A stretch of DNA of 64,000 nucleotides from Mobula hypostoma (taxonomy: Eukaryota): positions 102,550,001 through 102,614,000 of the forward strand of contig NC_086108.1 in assembly GCF_963921235.1 (NCBI RefSeq). The letters run 5' to 3'. The position numbers and the translations under genes were made by a program. The notes beneath the pieces were generated by a model. It saw only the letters and a list, made by a program, of their open reading frames with translations. It ran no database searches and was not told the origin of the DNA. Each line of letters begins with the position of its first letter. Position 1 is the stretch's first letter. Of the stretch, positions 47,161 to 60,230 are shown piece by piece.

Positions 47161-48739
47161 ACAGACAACCAATTTGCAAAAGAAGGCAAACTGTGCAAAT
47201 GTAAATAAATAAATAAATATAGATAGATGGATGGATAAATTAAACTAAGTGCATGAGTTGCAGAATCTTTAAAGTTAGTCCAGTTTAAAAATTGTGGAAT
47301 CAGTTCAGTGTTGAAATTAGTGTGGTTATCCACTCTGGTTCAGGATCCTGATGCTTGAAGAGTAATAACTGTTCCTGAACTTGGTGGTGTGGGGCGAAGG
47401 ATCGTGTACCTCCTTCCCAATGGTAGCAGCAAGAAGAGAACATGACACCTGGATGGTGGAGGTCCTTGATGATGGATGCTCCTTCCTTGTGGCAGCACTC
47501 CTTGTAGATGTGCTCACTGGTGAGGAGGGCTTTTCCTGTGATGGAAACCAGGCTGGGAAATGCGGACAGAAGGAGCTTCTGCAATTATTCTCCTTTGGGC
47601 AAAGGAGGTTTTCCATTACCTGCTCCTATAGCACACCAGGGGACCTACTCAATTATCAGACTTCTCTGAGGACGTTGCTTAAATCTATGCTGCTATTCTT
47701 TTCCTGTAAATAATGAAGCAGTCTACAGTATTCCTTCACCTTCTATAAAAAGGCACCTATCCTATCTTTAATTTACCATCTAGTATATTCATGTTTTTGT
47801 ACAGCTGATTTAGCTATTTACCAGCCTTGGAGAGGCTGATTTATTGGAATGACTCGGGGGTGGGGGCGGGAACTTAAAAAAATCAATTATCTGTATAGAC
47901 TGAAGAAGCCTGAGTCATTCAATACTAGGAATATTTTGTGGGTTGGCTCAAGCAGTGAAGCATTTCTTTTACCTGATCTCTTCAATATTGTGAAACCTCT
48001 CAGATTGTCAGGACTTGGCTAGAATTAAAGCTTAATCTTCAGGACACTGCTGCCAGCAACTCTGGTGGTGAAGTCACGCGGGAATTATATAACAAAGTTG
48101 TGTTGTTTCTTCCGTTTTGTTTTCGGAAACATATAATTCCATCGAAACAGAGGGGCAATGGGATGCTTGAATGATGGTGAAGAATCTGTCAATCAGATGA
48201 AGTGTTACTTAACCCTACCGTGCAAAGCCAATATCATCACAAGAACGGAGGTGTCATGGAGTCAATAGGTTGCCAAGGGTGATGAACTTTCAGGTGCCCA
48301 TCCAGTTCGAGTTGCCAAACACAGATTCATACATCAAAGGCCATCTCTGCCATCTGACTTACACTATTTCCTTTCTTTATTTAATTTTCAAAATTATTAA
48401 AAGATTCAAGATTGTTTAATATCATTTCCAGTACAAAAGTGTAAAGGAGAATAAAGTGATTGTTACTCTGGCGCCAATGCAGCACAAAAAAAAACAACAA
48501 TAAAATAAAGAACATAGCAATAAAAAAAATCACAATAAATATAAATACTTGAGATATAGACTGATACATAGACTGATTGTATGTCCATAAAAAGATGCTA
48601 GGCACAGGAGTGTCTGTACATAAGGTGACTGACAGGAAATGATAAAGTAGTGGCAGGGGCTGGAGCGGTGAAGGAATGGGTTAATGGGTGGAGGTGTTGA
48701 TCAGCCTTACTACTTGAGGAAAGTAGCTATTCGAAAGTA

Positions 48740-49840
48740 ACTGCTCCTGATCAATAAGCTACGGAACCTGGGCTTCTGTAAATTGGATCCTCGACTTCCT
48801 AACTGGAAGACCACAATCTGTGTGTATTGGTGATAATACCTCCTCCTCGCTGACGATCAACACTGGCACACCTCAGGGGTGTGTGCTCAGCCCACTGCTC
48901 TCCTCCCTCTATACCCATGACTGTGTGGCTAAGCAAAGCTCAAATACTATCTATAAATTTACTGACGGTACAACCATTGTAGGCAGAATCTCAAATGGAG
49001 AAGAGAGGGCGTACAGGAGCGAGATATAGCAGCTAGTTGAGTGGTGTAACAGCAACAACCTTGCACTCAACATCAGTAAGTCCAAAGAGTTGGGTGTGGA
49101 CTTCAGAAAGGGTCATATGAGTGATTAAGAACCAATTCTCATGGAGGGATCAGAAGTGGAGAGAGTGAGCAATTTCAGATTCCTGAGTGCCACGATCTCT
49201 GAGGATATAAACTGGTCCCAACATATCAATGCAGCTATAAAGAAGGCAAGGCAGCAGTTATGTTTCAACAGGAGTTTGAGGAGGTTTGGTTTGTCATCCA
49301 AGACAGTTGAAAACTATTATGGATGTGCCATGGATAACATACTGACAGGTTGCATCACTGTCTAGTATGGGGGGGGGGTGGTGCTAATGTACAGAATCGA
49401 AAGAGGCTACAGAATTAGCCAGCTCCATCTTGGGTACTAGTCTCCATAGTATCCAAGACATCTCCAAGGAGTGGTATCTCAGAAAGGTGGCATCCGTCAT
49501 TAAGGACACCCATCACCCAGGACATGCCCTCTTCTTTTTATTACTGTCAGAAAGGAGATACAGAAACCTGATGGTACATACTCAGCAATTCAGGAACAGT
49601 TTCTTCCCTCTGCCATCTGATTCCTAAATAGACATTGAACCAGTGAACACTACATCACTTTTATTATTTCTGTTTTGAACTATTTTTAATTTAACTATTT
49701 AATATGCATATATACTTACTGTTATTGATTTACTTATTCCCCCCCCCCCCCCCATATTATCATGTATTGCAATATACTGCTGCTGCTCTGTTAACAAATT
49801 TAACAACATATGCCGGTGATATTAAACCTGATCTGATTCT
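48740..49840 (+). mobile_element. Rex1/Babar 3' half
   Basis: [38 protein letters not shown]. (CTGAT)n tail. Confidence 0.9.
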
Positions 49841-50636
49841 ATTCTTGTGTCTGGTGGTCCTAGTGTGGTTGCTGCATTGCCTCCTCCCTGATGGGAGTGG
49901 GTCCAACAGTCCATGAATAGAGTAAGTGGGATTCTTTGTGATGTTATTGGCCCTTTTCCACTCGAAGGGCGGAAGTCCCCACTTGCTTCAAAAAAGCGAC
50001 AATTATACCAGTGCCTAAGAAGAATAATGTGGGCTGCCTTAATGACTATTGCCCGATAGCACTCACATCTACAGTGATGAAATGCTTTCAGAGGATGGCC
50101 ATGACTAGACTGAGCTCCAGCCTCAGCAAGGACCTGGACCCATTTCAATTTGCCTATTACCACAATAGGTCAATGGCAGATGCAATCTCAATGGCTCTCC
50201 ACATGGCTTTAGACCACCTGGACAATACAAACACCTATGTCAGAATGCTGTTCCTCAACTATAGCTCAGCATTTAATGCCATCATTTCCACAATCCTGAC
50301 TGAGAAGTTGCAGAACCTGGGCCTCTGTACCTCCATCTGCAATTGGACCCTCGACTTCCTAACCGTAAGATGACAATCTCTGCAGATTGCTAATAACATA
50401 TCCTCCCGCTAACGATCAACTCTGGCACACCTCAGGGGTGTGTGCTTAGCCCACTGCTCTACTCTCTATCTACACATGACTGTATGGTTAGGCATAGCTC
50501 AAATACCATCTATAAATTTGCTGATAATACAACTATTGTTGGTAGAATCTCAGGTGGTGACAAGAAGGCGTACAGGAGTGAGATGTGCCAACTAGTGGAG
50601 TGGTGCTGCAGCAACAACCTGGTACTCAACGTCAGT

Positions 50637-51446
50637 CAAGTCAAGTCAACTCAAGTCACTTTTTATTGTCACTTCAACCATAATTGCTGGTACAGAACAT
50701 AGTAAAAATGAGACGTTTTCCAGGACCATGGTGCTATATGAAACAATACAAAAACTACACTGAACTACGTAAGAAAAAACACAAAAAATTACACTAGACT
50801 ACAGACCTATCCAGGACTGCATAAAGTGCACAAAACAGTGCAGGCATTACAATAAATAATAAACAAGACAGTAGGCACAGTAGAGGGTATAGTAGGTTGG
50901 TGTCAGTCCAGGCTCTGGGTATTGAGGAGTCTGATGGCTTGGGGGAAGAAATTATTACATAGTCTGGTCGTGAGAGCCCGAATGCTTCGGTGCCTTTTTC
51001 CAGGTGGCAGGAGGGAGAAGAGTTTATATGAGGGGTGCATTGGCTCCTTCATAATGCTGTTTGCTTTGTGGATGCAGAGTGTGGTGTAAATATCTGTGAT
51101 GGCGGGAAGAGAGACCCCAGTGATCTTCTCAGCTGACCTCACTATCTGCTGCAGGGTCTTGAAATCCGAGATGGTACGATTTCCAAACCAGGCCATGATG
51201 CAGCTGCTCAGGATGCTCTCAATACAACCTCTGTAGAATGTGGTGAGGATGGGGGGTGGGAGGTGGACTTTTCTCAGCCTTCGCAGAAAGTAGAGACACT
51301 GCTGGGCTTTCTTTGCTATGGAGCTGGTGTTGAGGGACTAGGTGAGATTCTCCGCCAGGTGAACAGCAAAAAATTTGGTGCTGTTAACGATCTCTACAGA
51401 GGAGTCGTCGATGTTCAGCAGAGAGTGGTCGTTTTGTGTTCTCTGT
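50637..51446 (-). mobile_element. Rex1/Babar 3' fragment of a different subfamily
   Basis: ORF 50903-51196 AWFGN...AEKITGVSLP. (GACTT)n tail. 6-bp TSD GTCAGT at 50631-50636 and 51447-51452. Confidence 0.85.
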
Positions 51447-52097
51447 GTCAGTAAGACAAAAGAGCTGATTATGGACTTCAGGAAGGGTAAGATGAAGGAA
51501 CACATACCAATCCTCATAGAGGGATCAGAAGTGGAGAGAGTGAGCAGTTTCAAGTTCCTGGGTGTCAAGATCTCTGAGGATCTAACCTGGTCGTAACATA
51601 TCGATTTAGTTATAAAGACGGCAAGACAGTGGCTATACTTCATTAGGAGTTTGAAGAGACTTGGCATGTCAACAAATACATTCAAAAACTTCTATAGAGT
51701 ACCGTGGAGAGCATTCTGACAGGCTGAATCACTCTCTGGTATTGGGGGCGGGGAGTGGCTACTGCACAGGACGGAAAGAAGCTGCAGAGGGTTGTAAATC
51801 AGTCAGCTCCATCTTGGGTACTAGCCTACAAAGTACTCAGGACATCTTCTGAGAGCAGTGTCTCAGGAAGGCAGTGTCTATTGTTAAGGACCTCCAGCAC
51901 CCAGGGCATGCTCTTTTCTCACTGTTACCATCAGGTAGGAAGTACAGATCCTGAAGGCACACACTCAGCGATTCAGGAACAGCTTCTTCCCCTCTGCCAT
52001 CCGATTCCTAAATGGACATTGAACCCTTGGACACTACCTCACTTTTTTAATATACAGTATTTCTGTTTTTTGCATGTTTTAAAAAATCTATTCAATA

Positions 52098-53655
52098 TCA
52101 TCATCATCATCATCATCAGGTGCCATGCCCAGATTAAGCTTTGACTGCCATGGCCCACACACTCCTGTTTCGGGTCAAGTGGATCAATTCATTGGTATTC
52201 ATTTCCAGTTCTCTGGCTGCTGTCTCCATCATCATTTGTCTTTGTCTTCCTCTTGCTTTCTTCCCTTCAATCTTTCCCATAATTACCGTGCATTCTAATT
52301 TCTCTTTCCTAATCACATGTCCAATGAAGTTACATTGTCTTTTCATGATCTCATACATTATTTCTCTTTTTGTGTTTGCTCTGTTCATGACATCCTCGTT
52401 AGATATTCATTTTGTCCATGATATTCTTTGCATCCTCCTCAAAAACCACATCTCTGCTGCATGAATTCATTTCTTCATGTTACTAGATATTATCCAACAT
52501 TCTGAGCCATATAACATAACTGGATAAACGTAACATTTCAGTACTCTAAGGCATGTTGTCATGACTAGTTTAGTGTTCGTCAGTATACTCTTCATTCTCG
52601 TAAAGGTGTCTTTTGCCATCCTTATTCTTCTTTTGAAGTCCATGTCGCACCTGCCATCTGATGTCACCCAGCTTCCTAAGTAACAAAAGTTCTGTACTTG
52701 TGTTATGTCTTCCCCATTTATCCTCAGCCTACAGATAGGATTCTCCTTCTTTTTGGATATCACCATACATTCTGTCTTTTTGCAATTGATAGATAGACCC
52801 ATTTTTGTCCTTTCTTCAACAATTTTATCAAGTAAGTTTTGTAGTTCTTCCTCTGTACTTGCAATTAACACAGTGTCATCTGCATATCTGAAATTATTGA
52901 TGTTTTCACTGCCAACTTTGATTCCCAAGATGTCTCTTATTTTTTGTAATATTGTTTCACTGTACACATTAAATAAATCAGGGGAGAAGACACACCCTTG
53001 TCTAACGCCTCTCTTGATTTTCGTAAACTGACTCACTTCTCCATCTATTCTTACAGCGGCAGTATGTTCCCAGTACAGATTTCTGATTAGGCAGAGGTCT
53101 TTCGAAACTAGATCTAGAGTTTCCTGTAATATTTCAAATAACTTGTTGTGGTTCACTTTATCAAATGCTTTTGTGTAGTCAATAAAACAAACAAACAAAT
53201 CTTTTTGCACTTGAATAGCTTGTTCTGATAGTATCCTTAACATCAATATTGTGTTTCTTGTATCTTTGTCTTTCACAAAACCACATTGTTCTTTACCTAT
53301 TTCAGCTTGTATCTTACCTTTAGCTCTTGTCATCAAAATTCTTAGAAGTATCTTGATGATATGACTCATTAAACTTATGGTCCTATGTAATTCACATTCT
53401 ATTGCTCCAGGTTTCTTAGGAAGAGTGATAAATACTGATTTTTTCATCTCTTCTAGTATTATTCCAGTTTCATAAATGTAATTGATTAAATCAGTAAGTT
53501 TTTCAATTCCATAATCTTCAAGGGTGATCCTTTGTTCTATTACTAATTCAGCAGGGCCTGCTGCCTTTCCTTTCTTCATCTTATTTATTGCATTATGAAC
53601 TTCAGATTTTAAAATACTTGGACCTTCAATGCTTTTCATAATTTCTGGTGTTTAA
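52098..53655 (-). mobile_element. 5'-truncated RTE-clade LINE (RT)
   Basis: 390-aa ORF with FIDYTKAFD, GVRQGCVFSP and RYADDT. (TGA)n tail. ATTCAATA on both flanks. Confidence 0.93.
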
Positions 53656-54755
53656 ATTCAATATTTTTAAATTCAATATACATTTGTACATATACCGTAA
53701 TTGATTTACTTATTATTTATTATTATTATTTTTTTATTTTATTTATTTATTCATTTCTCTTCTATATTATGTATTGCATTGAGCTGCTGGTGCTAAGTTA
53801 ACAAATTTCATATCACATGCCGGAGATAATAAACCTGATTCTGATTCTGATACTTTTCTGTATATATATGTCTTTGATGGTGGGTTGGCTGGTGCTGGTG
53901 ATGCATTGGGCACTTTTAACTACCTGCTGTAGATCCTTCTTGCTATTGATGTGTGTTATCCACTCATTCTTCGTGTTCCCTGTTAAATTTGCTGTCATTC
54001 TCTTCTATAAACATTAAGGTAAAATAAACATGACCAGTCAGTTGTTAACCAGAAACACTGAAACTATTTCTCCGTCTACAGATGCTGCCTAACTCATTGA
54101 GTATTTCCAACATTTTCTCTTGTTGCATGTTTCTGACATCTGCGCTATTTTACATTTATAACATATATTTTACTTTTGTTATGTGTGTAGCGTTTTACAT
54201 TTAAAACCTATTTAATGCCCTGGTTAAGATTTCTACTATATTTTAGCAGTTTCTGCAAAAGTCGTGCATCCCGCTGTTGGAATGTTTTGGTTTCAGCTAA
54301 AGGTAAGAAGCCCTGCTGTTCAACTTGGGAAAGCTGTGTCAGCCAATCAGAATGGTGGAATCAGGAGAAAGTTCTAGACAGAGCAGGGCCGAGAGAGACT
54401 TGTGACGGACAATAGTCTGGTTCGGGACTTTGGCGGGAGTGGCTAAGCAGGGAAGATGCTGCAGAATGCTGTTGGAAGGCAAGTCCCATTGCACAAAGTG
54501 CTTTGTGCAGATGAATGGCTCCAAGGGGAAAGGGCCAATACTCCTGAGAGAGAGCCTGTTCATTGGAGATGGATTTTGAGCAAAGTTTGTGATGTAGTGT
54601 GTGCTTTCACGCAAGCCATGGGTCCAGCACGTGAGTAAAGACAACTTCAGGTTGAGCTGTAACTTTATGTGCACATTGGACTGGTTTCACTGTGTATGGG
54701 CAGTAATTACACAGCATTCACTCAAATCGAGGTTTCTTTAATTGGAACTTCATGG

Positions 54756-55264
54756 CAGTTCTGGTCAGCTCACTACAGGAAAGATGTGGATACTATAGAG
54801 AGAGTGCAGAGGAGATTTGCAAGGATGTTGCCTGGATTGGAGAGCATGCCTTATGAGAATAGGTTGAGTGAACTTGGCCTTTTCTCCTTGGAGCAAGAGA
54901 ATGAGAGGTGATCTGATAGAGGTGTATAAGACAATGAGAGACATTGATCATGTCGATAGTCAGAGGCTTTTTCCAGGGCTGAAATGGCTAACACGAGGGC
55001 GCATAGTTTTAAGGTGCTTGGATGTAGGTACAAGGGGGATGTCAGAGGTAAGTTTTTCAGACAGTGTGGTGGGTGCATGGAATGCGCTGCCAGCGATGTT
55101 GGTGGGGCAGATACAATAGGGTCTTTTAAGAGCCTCTTAGATAAGTACATGGAGCTTAGAAAAATAGAGGGCTGGGCCGTAGGGAAATTCTAGGCAGTTT
55201 CTAGAGTAGGTTATGTGATCAGCACAACGTTGTGGGCCAAAGGGCCTGTCGTGTTTTGTGTTCT
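54756..55264 (+). mobile_element. CR1 3' fragment
   Basis: Close relative of 44674-45255 (QFWSAHYRKDVDTIERVQRRF). Confidence 0.85.
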
Positions 55265-55299
55265 AATGGGTGGAAATGTCTAATTCACAACCACCAACA

Positions 55300-55935
55300 T
55301 TAGATTAGATTAGATTATGAGGACACCGAGTCCTCGTTTATTGTCATTTAGAAATGCATGCATTAAGAAATGATACAATGTTCCTCCAGAGTGATATCAC
55401 AAAAAAACAGGACAAACCAAAGACTAACACTGACAAGACCACATAATTATAACATATAGTTACAGCAGTGCAAAGCAATACCATAATTTGATAAAGAGCA
55501 GACCATGGGCATGGTAAAAAGCAAGTCTCAGAGTTCCGATTGACTCCCAATAGTCTCGAGAGCAGGCGGCAAAAGGGAGAAACTCTCCCTGCCATAAACT
55601 TCCAGGCGCCGACAACTGCCGATGCATTGGAAGCACCCGACCACAGCGGACTCTGAGTCTGTCCGAAAGCTTCGAACCTCCGACCAGCCCCTCCGATACA
55701 GCCTCCCGAGCACCATCCTTCTGCCGAGCGCTTCGACCCCGCCCCGGCCGCCGAGCAACAAGCAAAGCCAAGGACTCGGGGCCTTCTCCTCCGGAGATTC
55801 TGGATCACACAGTAGCAGCAGCAGCGAAGAAGGCATTTCAGAAGTTTCTCCAGATGTTCCTCTACTTGACAGATAACAAATATCATTTCACCGGAGTGGC
55901 CGCTGCACGTTGTGTCGCGTCGCCATCTTCTCCTC
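55300..55935 (-). mobile_element. Non-autonomous retroelement, copy 2
   Basis: 5' GAGGAGAAGATGGCG. 3' GAGGAC/GTCCTC hairpin (55319-55335) and (AATCT)3 tail. Homologous to 2536-3225. Confidence 0.75.
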
Positions 55936-57909
55936 TAGGAGCTGGGGTTGGAGTTCACTTTAAGAGTGATAACGTAATTATGTGAAGGTTTTTACTGTGC
56001 TTTATGTTCTGTGTTTAAGAGTACAATAAAGTCGTTATGGTTTTTCTTAAGCTTAAAACATCTCCACCATTTTATTTATGAAAACACACACTATTCCCTC
56101 ACCTCTGCTAGAGCTCTGAAGCACAGAAGCAATCCCTTCGGTCCATCCAGTCTGTGCTAACTATTATTCTGCCTACAACCATGAACCCATACATGGAGCA
56201 TAACCCTCTCATTAATCCATCAACTTATCCAAATTTCCTTTAAATGTTGAAATTGAAAGATTTCTGCTGGCAGCTCATTCCATATTTTCACCATTCTCTT
56301 AGTGAAGTTCCTCCTTAGGTTCTCCTTAAATACTTCATCATTCATCCTTAATAAAGTTAATAAAATAAAATAATAGTTATAAATTTTTTAAAAGTCTCAC
56401 AAGACAACTTTATTTTCTGTCTTTTATTGGCCTTAAAACTTCCTTGGTGGTGTCATTTTGGAAGGTATGTCCTGGGGCCAGCTGTTAAGTGCCATTATGA
56501 AGAAGACACAGCAGTGCCTTTACTTTCTTTGAACTTTATACAGATTCGACATGCCATCTAAAACTTTGACAATCTTCTATAGCTGCACGGCTCTTCACCT
56601 TTGTATCTGTCCAACTTTAATAGAAGTTCTGTGCCATTGGTAGGGAGAGGGGCGGTATCTAGGATTTGGAGAGGATGCTTGTTGAAAAGCTACAGTATTT
56701 TTCTAGGGGATTAATAATATGGAAGGAGGCTGGAGAAGTATCACCTTAGGATGGAGGTAAATGAAGGTGTCAATAGAGAGGATTTATTAGAATAAATAGG
56801 AAACGCTTTCACTGTTACATGGGTCAGGAACCAAAGAACACCATCGTATATTATCTGAAAAAGAACTGGAGGGGAAGGTGAGAAATTTTGTGAGCTGTGT
56901 ACTGTTTTGATCTGTAATGCATTACCTGTGTGGTTCACTGAAGCTGATCAATTGGAAGCTTTCAAAGGTCATTCAGACACATGCAACATGAGTGTTTTGG
57001 TTGTTAACACCAATGACACATTTCACTGTATGTTACGATGTACACATGATAAATTGAATCTTGACTTAAGCTGTAGCAGCAGTAAGATCATAAGCAGAAT
57101 TATGTCATTCAGCCCATCGAGACTGCTCCGTCATTCCGATATAGCTGATTTATTTTCCCTCTCAACCCCATTCTTATGCCTTCTCCCCATAACCTTTGAC
57201 ACCTATACTAATCAAGAATTTATCAACTGCCACTTTAAATACATCCAATGACTCGGCCTCTACAGCCATCGATATCAATGAATTCCACAGATTCACCACC
57301 CTCTAGCTATAGAAGTTTCTCCTCATGTCTGTTCTAAAGGGACATTATTGTATTCTGAGGCTGTGCTCTCTGGTTCTAGACTCTCCCACTGTTGGAAGCA
57401 TCCTCACCATGTCCACTCAATCTGCGGTGAGGGCCTTCGTCAGTCAGAGTTGACCATGCATTTTGCATCCTAGCTGTCTAGATACACAAGCCTGGACAGT
57501 ACAATATGGAAGAGCAAGTTGTTGCCCATGTAGCAAGCTCCCCGTCTCAGCACATCTGATGAACCCAAAGGAAAGGCAGATTCTGATACAGTTTGGTACC
57601 AGCAGCATCGCAGGAGTTGCCAGTCAACATTGAACTCAATCTGGAACTACTTTAAGGACTCCAGCACCAGATTTTCCCTTGGGGTTTACTCCCGAAGCCT
57701 TCCCATGAGAGAGTATAGCCGCTAGGCAGTGAAGATTTGAGATCAGAGTTTTCCTTCTCCTAGATGAGCTGCCAACCACGGCTGACAAGCCCCATCTGCC
57801 CGAGGCGACTGGTTTTAAGGTGCCAGAAATCCACCTTTGCCCCTTCTCCTGTCAGTAGAAATGGTTCTGCAAGCACATCAGGGTCCAAAAGTGCCCAGAA
57901 TACTCCAAA

Positions 57910-58028
57910 CATCAAAGTTGCTGGTGAACGCAGCAGGCCAAGCAGCATCTATAGGAAGAGGCGCAGTCGACGTTTCAGGCCGAGACCCTTCGTCAGGACT
58001 AACCGAAGGAAGAGTGAGTAAGGGATTT
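57910..58028 (-). mobile_element. Penelope-end mini-insertion
   Basis: 12-bp TSD GAATACTCCAAA at 57898-57909 and 58029-58040. Confidence 0.85.
57964..58001 (-). ncRNA. Minimal type I hammerhead ribozyme (intact core)
   Basis: UAGUC-CUGACGA-AGGGUCUCGGCCU-GAAAC-GUC-GACUG. Stem I UAGUC/GACUG, core CUGANGA and GAAA, GUC cleavage triplet, palindromic ACGU in place of stem III. Confidence 0.8.
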
Positions 58029-58984
58029 GAATACTCCAAATGTGGTTTGATCAATGCTTTATAAGCCTTCAGCATTACATTCTTGCTTTTATATTCTAGG
58101 CCTCTGGAAATGAATACAAACATTGCATATCCATTCCTGACTCAACCCGCAAGTTAACCTTTAGGAAATCCTCTACTGGGACTGCCAAGTCCTTTTGCAC
58201 CTCCAATTTTTGAATTCACTCCCTATATAGAAACTAGTCTATGCCTTTATTCCTCTTACCAAGCTGCATAACCATACACTTCTCTACACTGTATTCCATC
58301 TGCCACTCCTTTGCCCATTATCCTAATCTGTCCAAATCCTCTTAAGGTGAAAGAGCAGAACTGAAGAAGAACAAAACATGACAGGATCCAGAAATCCAAA
58401 ATAAAAGAAGATGCTGTAGCTAGTCAGTGGTTCTGCCAGCGTCTGTGGCCAGAAACAAGCGGTGTTAACCTGAGGAGGAGTTAGATTTAGGATCAGGTTC
58501 TGATTTATTTATCACATGTCCATCAAAACATATAATGAAATTCGCCATTTGCGTTAACAACCAACACACCCAAGAATGTGCCAAGGGCAGCCCACAATTA
58601 TCGTCACACATTCCAGTGCCAATACAGCATTCCCTCAATGTTCAGCAGAATAGCGGAGAATACACCATGCAACATTGCAACAGCAGCGAAACAGGCCCTG
58701 TTGTACCTTCTTTCCAAATCAAATACACAGTCCTCTAAACTAGAACAGGCCATCTCTTTCAGCCTCCAGCCTCCAGCAGACGCATGAATTCACAGACGCT
58801 GGGTCCCAGCTTCCCCAGTGGACTCACAGGGATTCACAGACCCAGGCTCTAACCATCATAAACGTGTGTACGTACATTCATTTTTACTTAAAGCATTTTT
58901 ACTTAAACCTGCAATGCATTATGTAAACAACAAAGAATGCTTAATCTAACCATATATTTACAATATCACTTAAACAACTTCAAG

Positions 58985-59320
58985 AAGCGGAGCCTCAAAA
59001 AAGGCAGCGTCCGTCATTAAAGACCCCACACCACCCAGGACATGCCCTCTTCTCATTGCTACCATCAGGAAGGAGGTACAGAAGCCTGAAGGCACACACT
59101 CAATGATTCAGGAACGGCTTCTTCCCTTCTGACATCCAATTTCCAAATCGATGCTATGAACCTCACTACTTTTTTATTTCTTTTTTTTGCACTATTTATT
59201 TAATATATACTGTATATTTACTTCTCTATTATTATGTATTGCATTGTACTGCTGCTGCAAAGTTAACAAATTTCATGACATAGACTGATGACAGTAAACC
59301 TGATTCCAATTTTGATTCTG
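58985..59320 (+). mobile_element. Rex1/Babar 3' fragment
   Basis: Matches 37870-38195 and 49480-49840. Confidence 0.75.
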
Positions 59321-59688
59321 ATATTACCGAAATATTAACTACACAACACATTGGACCTTGACTTCTGGACTTCCAGACTTCCAATCAACATTCAGGCTTT
59401 GATCTTTGGTATGGCACCAGGACTTGCAGATAGTAATGAATGAGGACCCTGGATGAAGGCCCGAACACCAGGCTACAAACAACAGGTCAATTGATGACAG
59501 GACCCTGAAAACGAAGCCTCGACCTTGCAGGGCAATAACTTTTCACCATAGCTGAACAGAACTCTCAAATGTCCAGAAGAGGCACGATAGGCTGAAGGTC
59601 GTTCATCAGTACTGTGTGATTCTCTGACAATACTTTCCTATTCTTTCTTATCGTGGGTCACAGACAGATTACAGGGCACATTTTCCTG

Positions 59689-60230
59689 TACACTCAGTGG
59701 TCATTTTATTAGGTACACTTGTACACCTGCTCATTAGTGCAAATATCTAATCAGCCAATCATGTGGCAGCAACTCAATGCATAAAAGCATGCAGACATGG
59801 TCAAGAGGTTCAGTTGTTGTTCAGACCAAATATCAGAATGGAGAAAAAAAGTGATCTAAGTGAAATTGACCATGGAATGATTGTTGGTGCCAGACCAACA
59901 CTGTGTATGGGTTTGAGTGTTTCAAAAACTGCTGATCTCCAGGGATTTTTACACATAACAGTCTCTTCAGTTTATAGAGAATAGTAAAAAAAAAATTAAA
60001 ATCATCTAGTGAGCGGTAGTTCTGTGGGTAAAAATGCCTGTTAAGGAGAAAGATCAGAGGAGAATGGCCAGACCGGTTCAACCTGACAAGAATGTGCCCT
60101 AGCTCAAGTAAGCATGCATTACAGCAGCGGTGTGCAGTAGTGCATCTCTGAAAGCACAGCACGTTGAACTTTGAAATAGATGGGCTACAGCAGCAGACCA
60201 TGAACATACACTCGGTGGTCACTTTATTGG
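59689..60230 (+). mobile_element. Tc1-like non-autonomous DNA transposon
   Basis: TA followed by CACTCAGTGGTCATTTTATTAGGTACAC TIR. HTH remnant SDLSEIDHGMIVGAR...GLSVSKTADL.GF.HITVSSVYRE. Confidence 0.8.

Larger units (their letters stand above)
49965..53850 (+). mobile_element. Rex1/Babar LINE interrupted by an antisense Rex and an RTE
   Basis: [33 protein letters not shown]. Resumes after each insert. (CTGATT)n tail at ~53835-53850. Confidence 0.9.
54186..56112 (+). mobile_element. Putative solo LTR interrupted by a CR1 (54756-55264) and a non-autonomous element
   Basis: Starts TGTAGC. AGCCAATCAG at ~54341, AATAAA at ~56025, imperfect inverted end GCTAGA. No clear TSD. Confidence 0.35.
57085..58340 (-). 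mobile_element. Decayed CR1 with an RTE-like non-autonomous insert (~57424-57880) and a Penelope insert
   Basis: CR1 3' UTR and ORF2-end sequence (SRGLEYKSK..MLKAYKALIKPHLEY) split by the inserts. Confidence 0.7.
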
